A stretch of 64,000 nt of DNA. Source: Bacteroidales bacterium (GTDB lineage: Bacteria; Bacteroidota; Bacteroidia; Bacteroidales; Marinilabiliaceae). Of this stretch, positions 26,286-36,132 are shown piece after piece (position 1 is the stretch's first letter; every line of letters begins with the position of its first letter). The DNA is taken from assembly GCA_024401355.1 (NCBI GenBank), contig JAKSLF010000006.1, forward strand, positions 27,096-91,095, in the 5' to 3' direction. The notes beneath the pieces are model-generated. The model worked only from the letters and a program-made list of their open reading frames with translations. It ran no database searches and had not been told where the DNA came from. Both the position numbers and the translations under genes were made by a program.

Positions 26286-27566
26286 ATGGTAAGTGAAAAG
26301 GTTATAATACAGGTTCTTGCGGAGCAAAAGGAAGAGGTGAAGAACTATCGTAGTCAGAAACTAGTGGCTCGAAGAGAAGAAACTCTTTTTGAATTTGACA
26401 CAAATCTGGCGCAAGTAGTTATAGGAGTCAGACGAAGTGGAAAGTCGACACTTTGCCATAAAGTGTTGCAGGGGCGTGGTGTGACCTATGCGTATGTCAA
26501 CTTTGATGATGACCGTTTAGCGGAGTTGAAGACAGAAGACTTGAATACCGTATTGTCGTGTGTTTATCAATTGTATGGGGCAGACATTCAGTATCTCTTT
26601 CTTGATGAAGTTCAGGATGTTGATGGGTGGTATCTTTTTGTCAACCGCCTGCTACGTACTCAATTGCATGTTTTTGTTACGGGCAGTAATGCTAAACTGC
26701 TAAGTGGTGAGCTTGCGACTCATCTTACGGGTCGATATAATGAGATACGTCTTTTCCCATTTTCGTTTTCTGAATATTGTTCCTATCACAAAATTGACAC
26801 GGAAGGAGTCACGACGAAGGCAGAGGCGGAGCGGAAAAGTGCATTCATGAACTATATGAATGATGGTGGTTTCCCTGAGATGCAGAAAATGCGAAACAAG
26901 CGTGGCTACGTGGAGAGTCTGGTGGAGGCCATATTGCAGAAAGACATCCAGAAACGTTTCAACATTCGCAATATTGAGGTGTTGAGAAAAATAGCTCATC
27001 ATCTTATAAATAACTCATGTCAGGATATCAATTCGGACCAGATGTCCAAAGTGTTTGGGGTGTCGGACAAAACAATACAGAAATATATCTCGTATCTGCA
27101 ACAGACCTTTCTTGTTCAGGTGCTGACCAGACATTCGTACAAGAGCATGGAGCGAATAAGGGGTGCAAAGTCGTATGTTGTCGATCCGGGATTGCAGAAC
27201 AACAGAGAGAATTCGTTGGCGGCAGAAAATATAGGCTGGCGTTTGGAAAATATAGTGTTTCTGGAATTGTTGAGGAGGAGTTCTGGTGAATTTCTTGATG
27301 TGTATTATTACAAACCAGGTCCGAAAGACAAAGAGGTAGACTTTGTGGTGTGTGACAAAAGCAAAACAGTAGAGTTGGTTCAGGTGGCATACGACATAGA
27401 CTCGCCTAAGACCTTCAAGCGTGAGACATCGGCATTGTTGTCGGCATCTGTTGCCCTTCGTTGTGAAAAACTGACGTTGGTGGCATTTTCGGAAACTCGA
27501 GATATTGAGATGGAAGGAAGGGTGATTCATGTTGTATCGGCGTTGGATTGGCTGTTGGAAAATTGA
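26286..27566 (+). CDS. AAA+ ATPase with a DUF4143-type C-terminal domain (COG1373)
   Basis: Walker A GVRRSGKST and Walker B LFLDEVQD. The start chosen is MVSEKV at 26286. The listed start at 26187 would translate the tandem repeat. Confidence 0.85.
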   Translation: MVSEKVIIQVLAEQKEEVKNYRSQKLVARREETLFEFDTNLAQVVIGVRRSGKSTLCHKVLQGRGVTYAYVNFDDDRLAELKTEDLNTVLSCVYQLYGADIQYLFLDEVQDVDGWYLFVNRLLRTQLHVFVTGSNAKLLSGELATHLTGRYNEIRLFPFSFSEYCSYHKIDTEGVTTKAEAERKSAFMNYMNDGGFPEMQKMRNKRGYVESLVEAILQKDIQKRFNIRNIEVLRKIAHHLINNSCQDINSDQMSKVFGVSDKTIQKYISYLQQTFLVQVLTRHSYKSMERIRGAKSYVVDPGLQNNRENSLAAENIGWRLENIVFLELLRRSSGEFLDVYYYKPGPKDKEVDFVVCDKSKTVELVQVAYDIDSPKTFKRETSALLSASVALRCEKLTLVAFSETRDIEMEGRVIHVVSALDWLLEN

Positions 27567-27598
27567 TAATTGAAAATGGATAATTTATAATTTAATAT
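27557..27598. repeat. Six tandem heptads of TGATAAT-type
   Basis: GGAAAAT TGATAAT TGAAAAT GGATAAT TTATAAT TTAATAT spans the ATPase stop codon and ends 2 nt before the ATG at 27601. Confidence 0.75.
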
Positions 27599-27600
27599 AT

Positions 27601-28113
27601 ATGAGAAAGATTTTTCTATCTATGTTTGGGTTGCTGTCTATCAGCCTTGCGGCTATGGCCGATGAGGTTCCGGGCGTGACCGTTGAGTACCTTGACGAGA
27701 AAAGTGACTCGTACGTTCAGGCAATTAGTGCCATTGGGCGTATTGAGTTCAAGGGTGGTAATGCGACAATCGTCTTCAAAGATGCCGAGGCTGGTAAGGA
27801 AGAGCTTGGAGCCATTTCGGGCATAAGGAAGATATCCTTTGGAAAAGTGGAAGAGAATGACATCACGAAGACGGAAAATCCGACAGCGGTAGTTGGTGTT
27901 GAGCGCAAAGTGAGTGTTAGTGCGTATCCAAATCCGACGGCAGACCATGTGCATATCAGCGGCATGGAAGAGGGTCTGCAGGTGCGTATGTTCACTTCTG
28001 ACGGTCGTCTGACATACGTCGGACGGTCGTCGGACATAGACCTTTCGGGTATGCCATCGGGTGTTTATTTGTTGCAAGTGGGCAAAGAGGTGGTGAAGGT
28101 CATCAAGAAATAA
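27601..28113 (+). CDS. Small secreted protein with a T9SS C-terminal sorting domain
   Basis: Signal peptide. The C-terminus SAYPNPTADHVHI...FTSDGRL...LSGMPSGVYLLQVG...VKVIKK matches the type-A Por secretion tail pattern. Confidence 0.8.
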   Translation: MRKIFLSMFGLLSISLAAMADEVPGVTVEYLDEKSDSYVQAISAIGRIEFKGGNATIVFKDAEAGKEELGAISGIRKISFGKVEENDITKTENPTAVVGVERKVSVSAYPNPTADHVHISGMEEGLQVRMFTSDGRLTYVGRSSDIDLSGMPSGVYLLQVGKEVVKVIKK

Positions 28114-28117
28114 AAGA

Positions 28118-28372
28118 CCAATTGGTGTAGAGACGTTTGATAAAACGTCTTTACAAAACGTGTTAGACACAAATGGCCGTAGAGACGTCGCATGCGGCGT
28201 CTTTGTAGAATGAGCAGAATGTTCAATTGGTGGAGAGATGTTTGGTCAAACGTCTTGAAAAAATAAGGCGCAATGTGGTTGAAGACGTTTTATAAAACGT
28301 CTCTACGAAACGTGGTGGATGCCAATGGGTTATAAGACGGTGTGCACACCGTCTCTACGCACAAAATGTAAA
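28118..28372 (+). repeat. Array of five related repeats of about 50 bp, each carrying a hairpin (REP-like)
   Basis: The hairpins lie at 28127-28154, 28181-28204, 28235-28256, 28283-28302 and 28335-28354. All share the stem base AGACG/CGTCT, flanked by CAATnGG upstream and CTAC downstream. The upper stems differ but stay complementary. All G-U wobbles fall on the plus strand. Confidence 0.8.
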
Positions 28373-28392
28373 AACAATAAAACGAAAATACA

Positions 28393-29760
28393 ATGAAAAG
28401 ATTTTTCATTTCAGCCATTGCCCTCCTTGGTATGGGCACAATGGCAAATGCGCGGTTTTATGTGTATGACAAAGACGGCAAGGTCCTTTATCAGATGAAG
28501 GAAGGAACGCCAGCCTATATCGAGTTTGAGGCGCCTACAAATCCATACCTTGGCACCGAGAACGGTCACGACTGGGTAGACCTCGGCCTCTCGGTTAAAT
28601 GGGCAACGATGAACGTTGGTGCCAACGCTCCTCAGGAATATGGGTCATACATAGCATGGGGCGAAACTGAAACCGCTACCAAGAGCAGCTATGACTGGAG
28701 CACTTATAAGTTCCAGGCCGATTTCATCGGCGACAACAAGACAACCCTCGAAAAGGCCGACGATGCAGCAGCGGCCAACTGGGGCGGCGACTGGGCTATG
28801 CCATCTCCTGATGATTTTAGTGAGTTACGGCAGTATTGCACCCGCATGTGGACAACTCAGAACGAAGTGAACGGCTACAAGATTACGGGTTCTAACGGCA
28901 ACTCCATCTTCCTTCCTGCCGCTGGCTATCGCCTCTTCGGCTACCTCCACGGCGAGGGCTCTAGCGGCTACTATTGGTCGCGTTCGCTCGACACGAACAA
29001 CTCCGACGGCGCGTACGGCCTGTACTTCAATTCGGACGCTGTTTGGATCTACAGCCACTACCGCAGCTACGGGTTCTCGGTTCGCCCTGTGTGCCCTTCC
29101 GCAGGAAATACCAATGGTCATGTGGCCGTGGACCTTGGCCTGCCAAGCGGCAAGCTGTGGGCAGATTGCAATGTAGGCGCCAGCACGCCGGAGGCCAGCG
29201 GCGACTACATAGCATGGGGCGAGACAGAGGCAAAGGAGTATTATGACTGGAGTACCTACAAGTACATGCAGGAGAGCAAATCCGGATTGAATTTTGTGAA
29301 TAAATATCAGGCACCAGACAGCCAGTGTGGCGGTATATGGTATAGATTCGAGAAATACAGTTACGACGACAACAAGACCACCCTCGAAAAGGCCGATGAC
29401 GCTGCAACAGCTAACTGGGGCGACAATTGGCGTATGCCGACGGCTGCCGAATGGGAGGAACTCTACAACAATACAACCCAGACATGGACAAACGACTACG
29501 AGGGTACAGGCGTTAAGGGCTATATCCTCACCAGCACCAAGGAAGGTCATGAGGGCGCGTCTATCTTCCTTCCTGCCGCTGGCTATCGCGACAACGGCGG
29601 CCTCAGCCTCGAGGACTCTAGCGGCTACTACTGGTCGAGTTCACTCAACGAGGGCAACGCGTGGGGTCTCGGCTTCAGCTCGGGCCACGTCTACCCTTGG
29701 AACAACGGCCTCCGTTACTACGGCCAGTCGGTTCGCCCTGTGTGCCCTTCCGCAGAGTAA
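28393..29760 (+). CDS. Secreted protein with two FISUMP (Fibrobacter succinogenes major paralogous) domains
   Basis: A duplicated pattern is present: W...NVGA...G.YIAWGE ... FLPAAGYR ... SSGYYWS.SL ... G.SVRPVCPSA. Confidence 0.85.
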   Translation: MKRFFISAIALLGMGTMANARFYVYDKDGKVLYQMKEGTPAYIEFEAPTNPYLGTENGHDWVDLGLSVKWATMNVGANAPQEYGSYIAWGETETATKSSYDWSTYKFQADFIGDNKTTLEKADDAAAANWGGDWAMPSPDDFSELRQYCTRMWTTQNEVNGYKITGSNGNSIFLPAAGYRLFGYLHGEGSSGYYWSRSLDTNNSDGAYGLYFNSDAVWIYSHYRSYGFSVRPVCPSAGNTNGHVAVDLGLPSGKLWADCNVGASTPEASGDYIAWGETEAKEYYDWSTYKYMQESKSGLNFVNKYQAPDSQCGGIWYRFEKYSYDDNKTTLEKADDAATANWGDNWRMPTAAEWEELYNNTTQTWTNDYEGTGVKGYILTSTKEGHEGASIFLPAAGYRDNGGLSLEDSSGYYWSSSLNEGNAWGLGFSSGHVYPWNNGLRYYGQSVRPVCPSAE

Positions 29761-29849
29761 TTTATCATGTCGCCCATACATGCCGTGGCGTGGACCCTCG
29801 GAGAGGGTAGGACGCCACGGAGAGGCGATAGAAATAATTAATAATCATT

Positions 29850-29884
29850 GGGAGTGCGCTTGGGGGCGCACTTCCATTATTTTG
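29850..29884 (+). terminator. Rho-independent terminator, preceded by a second GC-rich hairpin at 29783-29820
   Basis: A 10-bp stem (29850-29859 / 29866-29875) with one plus-strand G-U, followed by ATTATTTT. Confidence 0.6.
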
Positions 29885-29988
29885 TGATGTGGGTAGAGAT
29901 GGGGGATGCATTTAGACGTGGATAGGTGGAAGTTTAATAATAAATATGTATCTTTGTCGAAAAAAAGAGTAGTAAGAAATAAAGAGCG

Positions 29989-32055
29989 ATGAAGCATAGA
30001 TTGACAAGATATATTGTGGCTATCGGAATGGTGGTGGCAGTTATGGTATGTCAGGGCTTGGCGGTTGTAGCGGAAGCTCAGATGGCATCGCCATTTGGCA
30101 AAGTGGAGAATCCGATAAGCGTGACACCAAAGATAAAAGTGGAGAATGGGACAACAGCCGTCATGACATTCAGCTTCAGCATGAGCAATGGATGGCATGT
30201 GTATGCGCAGGACGTGACAGGCGGTCCGACACCGACGACCATCACGATAGAGACAGCGAGTGAATGCAAACTGGAGGGAGAGTTGACATCATCGGCAGAG
30301 GCGACAAAGAAATATGACAACGCCTTTATGACCGAACTGAAATACTATGAAGAAGATGTAGTGTTCAGCCAGAGAGTGCATCTGGAGGGAGGCGACTATG
30401 TGATAGCTGGATATCTGGAGTATGGAGCATGCAACGACATGTCGTGCTTGCCTCCGACGAAAGTGGAATTTAATTATAGTGGAACAGCGCCCAAGAGAGA
30501 AGAAGCGAAACCAGAAGAAAAGGCAGAGGTGAAAGCAGAGGCGGAGAAAGAAACAGCAGGAGAGACAGAGGATAGGGAAGAAGAGAGCGTGGCGGCAGAG
30601 GGACGAGACACCGTGGCCATAGCAGCAGAGACAGAAACGACAGGAGCGGTGGTAGCAGAAGTGACAGAGGCGGAAAAGAAAGAAGGCAAATCGTGGGCAT
30701 GGATCTTTGTGGCATCGTTTGTGGCTGGACTCTTTGCCTTGTTGACACCATGTGTGTGGCCGATAATACCGATGACAGTATCGTTCTTCATGAAGAGGAC
30801 CAAAGATAGTGGCAAGGGGCTGCGAGACTCGATGACATACGGACTATCGATAGTAGTGATATACATGTTGCTGGGGCTTGTGGTGACCGCGATATTTGGT
30901 CCGAGTGCGCTGAACGAAATGTCGACAAGTGCCTTGGCAAACCTATTCTTCACAGCATTGCTGATAGTGTTTGGACTATCATTCATAGGAGCCTTTGACC
31001 TGTCGTTGCCATCGTCGTGGACGAACGCCGTAGACCAGAAAGCGAGCAGTACGACGGGAGTGCTGAGCATCTTCCTAATGGCATTTACGCTAGCGCTGGT
31101 ATCGTTTTCATGTACGGGTCCGATAGTGGGCTTCCTGCTAGTGGAAGTGGCCACACAAGGCTCGATAATGGGTCCGGCGATAGGAATGTTGGGCTTCTCG
31201 CTAGCCTTGGCATTGCCATTTACGATATTTGCCATGTTCCCGTCGATGCTGAAGAAATTGCCGAGATCGGGATCGTGGATGATGACCGTGAAAGTAGTGC
31301 TTGGCTTTGTGGAGCTAGCCTTTGCGTTGAAATTCTTCTCGGTGGCGGACCTGGCATACGGATGGCATCTGCTTGGCAGGGAAGTGTTCATCAGCATCTG
31401 GGCAGCCTTGGCAATAGTGCTTGGACTATATCTTCTGGGAATTGTAAAGATAAGCCATGGAGAAGAGAGTGGAGAGGCGGAGACAGCAGTAGGCGCCACG
31501 AGAGTGGTGACAGGAGTAATCTCGATAGCCTTTGCGATATACATGATACCGGGACTATGGGGAGCGCCGCTCAACGCGATATCGGCATTCTGTCCGCCAA
31601 TGGAGACACAGGACTTTGTGATAGGGCAGAACGTGGCAGCAAAGCAGGCAGGAGCAAAACACTATAGAGACCTAGACGAAGCCATGGACGAAGCCAGAAA
31701 AAGCGGCAAGCCAGTATTGGTAGACTTCACGGGATGGGGATGTGTCAACTGCAGGGAGATGGAGCAGAAAGTGCTGAACAACCAGGAAGTGGCGGAGAAG
31801 ATAGACGAAGAATATGTGTTTGTCAGCCTCTATGTAGACGACAAGACAAGTCTTGGCGAGAAGAAGACGATGGACGACGGAAGCGTGTTGAGAACCGTTG
31901 GAGACAAGTGGAGCTATCTGCAGAGGAGCAGATTTGGCGTAAACGCCCAACCGTACTACGTGAAACTGAACGAAAGAGGTGAGCAGATAGGCGGAGCGTA
32001 TACATTTGACGTAAACATAGAACATTTCATGAACTTTTTGAGCGAAAAGCAGTAA
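29989..32055 (+). CDS. dsbD: DsbD-family protein-disulfide reductase (N-terminal domain, E/K-rich linker, TM core, C-terminal thioredoxin)
   Basis: TM-core cysteines LTPCVWP and SCTGP, and a C-terminal thioredoxin CxxC (WGCVNC). A TATCTTTG -7 box lies at 29949-29956. Confidence 0.85.
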   Translation: MKHRLTRYIVAIGMVVAVMVCQGLAVVAEAQMASPFGKVENPISVTPKIKVENGTTAVMTFSFSMSNGWHVYAQDVTGGPTPTTITIETASECKLEGELTSSAEATKKYDNAFMTELKYYEEDVVFSQRVHLEGGDYVIAGYLEYGACNDMSCLPPTKVEFNYSGTAPKREEAKPEEKAEVKAEAEKETAGETEDREEESVAAEGRDTVAIAAETETTGAVVAEVTEAEKKEGKSWAWIFVASFVAGLFALLTPCVWPIIPMTVSFFMKRTKDSGKGLRDSMTYGLSIVVIYMLLGLVVTAIFGPSALNEMSTSALANLFFTALLIVFGLSFIGAFDLSLPSSWTNAVDQKASSTTGVLSIFLMAFTLALVSFSCTGPIVGFLLVEVATQGSIMGPAIGMLGFSLALALPFTIFAMFPSMLKKLPRSGSWMMTVKVVLGFVELAFALKFFSVADLAYGWHLLGREVFISIWAALAIVLGLYLLGIVKISHGEESGEAETAVGATRVVTGVISIAFAIYMIPGLWGAPLNAISAFCPPMETQDFVIGQNVAAKQAGAKHYRDLDEAMDEARKSGKPVLVDFTGWGCVNCREMEQKVLNNQEVAEKIDEEYVFVSLYVDDKTSLGEKKTMDDGSVLRTVGDKWSYLQRSRFGVNAQPYYVKLNERGEQIGGAYTFDVNIEHFMNFLSEKQ

Positions 32056-32089
32056 AAGAGAGAAGAACATAAACGAAAAGAGAGAGAGA

Positions 32090-33334
32090 ATGCTGGAATA
32101 TAAGCGACACATATTGAAGAACGGGCTGAGAGTGGTGGCATGTCAGATGGCAGACACCTCGATGGCTACATTTAACCTGCTGTATAACGTCGGGTCGAAG
32201 AACGAAAATCCGCAGAGGACGGGTCTTGCCCATCTGATGGAACACCTGATGTTCACAGGATCGGAGAACGTCAAGAACCTGGACGACGAAGTGCAGAATG
32301 CGGGTGGCGAGAACAACGCATTCACTAACGAAGACATAACGAACTACTACATCATGCTGCCGGCGAAAAACATCGAGACGGCCTTCTGGATAGACAGCGA
32401 CAGAATGAGAGGTCTGACATTGTCGGAAGAGTCGATAGAAGTGCAGAGAAAAGTAGTGATGGAAGAATTCAAGGAGAGACATTTGAACGTGCCATACGGA
32501 GACATAGCGCATCTGCGAGGAGACCAGATATTCAAAGTGCATCCGTACCGATGGCCGACCATAGGTCTTGACCTGAGCCACATAGAGAACGCCACACGTG
32601 AGGAGATAGTAGAATTCTACAGAGCCCACTATGCTCCGGACAACGCCGTGCTTACCGTAGTGGGTGGCGTAGATGCGGACCATGTGTTTGAGTTGGCGGA
32701 GAAATGGTTTGGTGACATAGACGCCAAAGCGATAAAAAGGGAATTGCCCGTAGAGCCAGAGCAGACGGAACAGCGAGTGCTGAGTGTAGAAAGAGACGTG
32801 CCGGCGAGTGTGATAGCATTGTCGTATCACATGGGGAGCAGGATGTCGAGAGAATTCAACGTGCTGGACCTTGCCACCGACGTATTGGCCGACGGAGCAT
32901 CGTCGAGACTGGTGAAAGCCCTGACCAAGGACAACCCGATAATGAGTGAAGCCGACGCAGGAGTGGACTCGACCCATGAGCCGGGAGTATTATCGTTCAG
33001 CGGAACATTGTTGCCAGGCGTGTCAATGGAAGAAGCCGAGAACGGCATCAGAAACGTCGTGAAAGAACTGATATCGGACGGCATCAGCGACTATGACCTG
33101 CAGAAGATAAAGAACAGAAGAGAGTCGAAGACCGTATTGAAGCAACTGTCGGGTCAGGTATTGGCGCGGACACTAGCGGAATATGAAGTGCTGGGAGACG
33201 TAGACCTTATAAATAAAGAGCCAGAGATATTGAACTCTATAAGCGGCGAGGAGATGTGCTCGACACTGGCACACACGATACGCAAAGAGAACGAGTCGAT
33301 ACTATATTATAGTGCAGCAGGCGAGAAGAAATAA
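32090..33334 (+). CDS. M16 (pitrilysin/insulinase) zinc peptidase, catalytic subunit
   Basis: Inverted zinc motif HLMEHLMF (HxxEH) near the N-terminus. Confidence 0.88.
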   Translation: MLEYKRHILKNGLRVVACQMADTSMATFNLLYNVGSKNENPQRTGLAHLMEHLMFTGSENVKNLDDEVQNAGGENNAFTNEDITNYYIMLPAKNIETAFWIDSDRMRGLTLSEESIEVQRKVVMEEFKERHLNVPYGDIAHLRGDQIFKVHPYRWPTIGLDLSHIENATREEIVEFYRAHYAPDNAVLTVVGGVDADHVFELAEKWFGDIDAKAIKRELPVEPEQTEQRVLSVERDVPASVIALSYHMGSRMSREFNVLDLATDVLADGASSRLVKALTKDNPIMSEADAGVDSTHEPGVLSFSGTLLPGVSMEEAENGIRNVVKELISDGISDYDLQKIKNRRESKTVLKQLSGQVLARTLAEYEVLGDVDLINKEPEILNSISGEEMCSTLAHTIRKENESILYYSAAGEKK

Positions 33335-34625
33335 TCAGGAAAGGAGAGAAGACGTGGATAGAAGCAAGAAACCAGAGATATATGCCGTAGGCATGCCAAC
33401 GATGGCAGAACTCGAGAACATGGAACTTGGGAATGGTGCCACCGTGCATATATTGAAGAATGGTCCTCTGCCCTTCGTGAGGCTGGACCTTGCCCTGAGG
33501 GCAGGCACCTACTTTGCGCCGAAAGCGATGGTGGCGCGAGCAACATCGGAGATGCTGGCAGAGGGAATACCAGGAATGGTATCGACAGAGATATCGGAGA
33601 AGATAGAATATTATGGAGGCAAGATATGGCAGAGGACCTTTCTGGAGTACTCCGTCATATCATTTGTCGTGCTGGACAAATTCTTTGGTGAAGTAGCGCC
33701 GTTGCTGGAGCAGATAATAAAAGTGCCGACATTCCCAGAGAGAGAATTTGGCATATACATGGACAACGAGCGTCAGGACTTCAAGCTGAGGATGAGCAAG
33801 CCATCATCGTTGTGTGCATACGAATTTACGAAACGATTCTATGCCGAAGGCTCGGTATATGGGCGAGTGCAGACAGAAGAAGTGCTGAACAGCATCAGGC
33901 GAGAAGACCTCGTAGAATATCACGGGAAGACATTTGGTCCGGAGAGGATGCATATCTTCTTGAGTGGTGCGCCATCGGAGCAGACGATAGCGACCGTAGA
34001 GAAAATGTTTGGTGGCAAGTGGGGCACAGAAAAGCACGACGCAGAAGTGGGAGCGCCAGAGTACAGCACATGGGAGCAGCAGACCAAGATAATAGACTTC
34101 AAGGGAGCGAAGCAGGCGAGCATCAGCATGGGCAGAGTGATGCCTACGATAGACGCAGAAGACGTGATGCCGATGAAAGTAGTGAACACGATATACGGCG
34201 GTTATTTCGGTTCGCGCCTCATGCAGAACATACGCGAAGAGAAAGGTCTGACATACGGAATACAGTCGTCATTGAAATCGGGGAAACATGAGGGAATGTT
34301 GAGAGTGTCGAGTGAAGTGTCGCCGGACAAATGGCAGCTAGTGATAGACGAAGTGTTCAACGAGATGAAGACATTGAGAGAAGAGCCAGTAGGGCAGGAA
34401 GAGCTTGAGATGGTGAGAAGCTTCATGAAAGGAACGCTAGTGCAGAAATATGACGGGCAGATGGCGAAGATAGATTCGGCAATAATGACGATGATGTCGA
34501 GTCAGCCGCAAGACATAGACAAGAAGACATACGAAACGATAGACACAATCACGCCAGAGACGATAATGCAGATGGCCCAGAAATACCTTGTGCCAGAGCA
34601 ATTTAAGATATTAGTAGTAAAATAG
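33312..34625 (+). CDS. M16-family peptidase, non-catalytic partner
   Basis: It has M16 architecture but no HxxEH motif. The listed start is a GTG that overlaps the upstream gene. An in-frame GTG at 33354 (MDRSKKPE...) is an equally plausible, non-overlapping start. Confidence 0.82.
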   Translation: MQQARRNNQERREDVDRSKKPEIYAVGMPTMAELENMELGNGATVHILKNGPLPFVRLDLALRAGTYFAPKAMVARATSEMLAEGIPGMVSTEISEKIEYYGGKIWQRTFLEYSVISFVVLDKFFGEVAPLLEQIIKVPTFPEREFGIYMDNERQDFKLRMSKPSSLCAYEFTKRFYAEGSVYGRVQTEEVLNSIRREDLVEYHGKTFGPERMHIFLSGAPSEQTIATVEKMFGGKWGTEKHDAEVGAPEYSTWEQQTKIIDFKGAKQASISMGRVMPTIDAEDVMPMKVVNTIYGGYFGSRLMQNIREEKGLTYGIQSSLKSGKHEGMLRVSSEVSPDKWQLVIDEVFNEMKTLREEPVGQEELEMVRSFMKGTLVQKYDGQMAKIDSAIMTMMSSQPQDIDKKTYETIDTITPETIMQMAQKYLVPEQFKILVVK

Positions 34626-35357
34626 ATGGAGACAGTAAAACCATATAACGAAGCAGACAGCACCAAGAAAGGTGAAGTGAAGGCAATGTTTAACACCATA
34701 GCACCTCGCTATGACTTCTTGAACCATTTCCTATCGCTAGGCATAGACAAGCTGTGGCGCAAGAGAGCCATCAAGACATTGAAAGCGCTGAAGCCGCAGC
34801 ACATACTTGACGTAGCGACGGGAACGGGAGACTTTGCGATAAAAGCCCACGAGATGCTAGGCTGCAAAGTGACAGGAACCGACCTTTCGGCAGGAATGCT
34901 GGAAGTGGGAAAGAAGAAAGTGGCAGACAAAGGCTATGAGTCAGAGATAGACCTTGCGGAAGCCGACTCGGAGCAGCTGCCATTTGGCGACAACACATTT
35001 GACGCCGTGACAGTAGCCTTCGGAGTGAGAAACTATGAGAACCTGGACAAGGGACTTGCGGAGATGGCGCGAGTGATAAAGCCGGGTGCAAGGATGGTAG
35101 TGCTGGAATTCTCGAAGCCAACGCTATTCCCATTCAAGCAGCTGTATATGTTCTACTTCAGGCACATATTGCCTAACATGGGTGGCATGATAAGCCATGA
35201 CCAGAAAGCATACGAATATCTGCCTCAGAGCGTGCTAGCCTTCCCTGACGGTGAGGCATTTGAAGCACATCTGAAGCAGGCAGGAATAACCCCAGTAGAG
35301 CGCATAAGCCAGACACTTGGCATAGCGACAATCTACGTAGGCGAGAAAAAAGCCTGA
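34626..35357 (+). CDS. ubiE: Demethylmenaquinone methyltransferase (UbiE/MenG)
   Basis: FN.IAPRYD..N...S.G.D..WR at the N-terminus and the SAM motif LDVATGTGD. Confidence 0.9.
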   Translation: METVKPYNEADSTKKGEVKAMFNTIAPRYDFLNHFLSLGIDKLWRKRAIKTLKALKPQHILDVATGTGDFAIKAHEMLGCKVTGTDLSAGMLEVGKKKVADKGYESEIDLAEADSEQLPFGDNTFDAVTVAFGVRNYENLDKGLAEMARVIKPGARMVVLEFSKPTLFPFKQLYMFYFRHILPNMGGMISHDQKAYEYLPQSVLAFPDGEAFEAHLKQAGITPVERISQTLGIATIYVGEKKA

Positions 35358-35376
35358 AAACGAAACGACACAGGAA

Positions 35377-36114
35377 ATGAAGAGAGCGATCGACATATTG
35401 ATGTTGCTGCTGATGGTAGTAAGCATGGCCAGGGCGCAGGGTAATGGGCAGATAGTGACCGACGGAAACAAGAGGGGACTGCCAAACCTTCCGGCCTTTG
35501 ACCGTCGTCCGGTTCACTTTGGCTTCCTGATAGGACTGAACACCCTTGACTTCCACATATACAACACGGGAGTGAGGACATTGGAGAACGGTCAGACCGC
35601 GAGATATGGCGAGATACAGCACCTGAATCCGGGACTGAACCTAGGCATAGTGACAGACTTCAGAATGTCGGAGCATTTCAACTTCAGAATATTGCCTGGA
35701 GTGGGCTTTGGGCAGAGGGACATATCATTCATAGACGAATATGGGAAAGAGATAGGCAGTCCGCTGAAGATAAAATCGACATTCATCGAAGTGCCGCTTC
35801 TGCTGAAATATGGAGCCAACAGACTGAGGAACGTGAAACCATATATCGTAGCCGGCGTATCGCCAAGATATGACCTGGCGAAAGACAAGCAGGACCACAT
35901 GGTGTTGAAATCGCTGGACTGCTATGTGGATGCTGGAGCTGGAATAGACATATACCTGACATACTTCAGACTATCGTTTGAGATACGAAACGACTGGGGA
36001 CTGGCCAACGTATATAGTGACAAACGATCGGACGAGATGGAAGACATACCATATCAGCAAGCGATAGACAGACTGAAATCGCGAATGCTGTGTTTCACAT
36101 TCTACTTTGAATAA
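35377..36114 (+). CDS. PorT-like outer-membrane beta-barrel protein
   Basis: Signal peptide, alternating beta-strand pattern and a C-terminal aromatic residue. Its position directly after ubiE is typical for PorT-family genes in Bacteroidetes. Confidence 0.7.
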   Translation: MKRAIDILMLLLMVVSMARAQGNGQIVTDGNKRGLPNLPAFDRRPVHFGFLIGLNTLDFHIYNTGVRTLENGQTARYGEIQHLNPGLNLGIVTDFRMSEHFNFRILPGVGFGQRDISFIDEYGKEIGSPLKIKSTFIEVPLLLKYGANRLRNVKPYIVAGVSPRYDLAKDKQDHMVLKSLDCYVDAGAGIDIYLTYFRLSFEIRNDWGLANVYSDKRSDEMEDIPYQQAIDRLKSRMLCFTFYFE

Positions 36115-36132
36115 AAAAGAGTAAAGAAAAAG

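Noticed and set aside
28127-28354. GAGACG/CGTCTC (BsmBI-type) and GAAGAC (BbsI-type) recognition sequences inside the hairpin repeats, considered as a possible sign of engineering or R-M target clustering.
   Set aside because: They follow directly from the conserved AGACG/CGTCT stem base of a natural repeat family, and there is no other hint of synthetic design.
30474-31574. A 366-aa minus-strand ORF antisense to the DsbD-like gene. Similar long antisense or out-of-frame ORFs occur at 23490-24080, 38577-39254, 17742-18305, 50063-50773, 59450-60226 and 60827-61648.
   Set aside because: All lie inside strongly supported genes, have S/L/A/P-rich low-complexity translations and no recognisable motifs. 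The extreme third-position skew of this genome depletes stop codons on the opposite strand, which explains their length.
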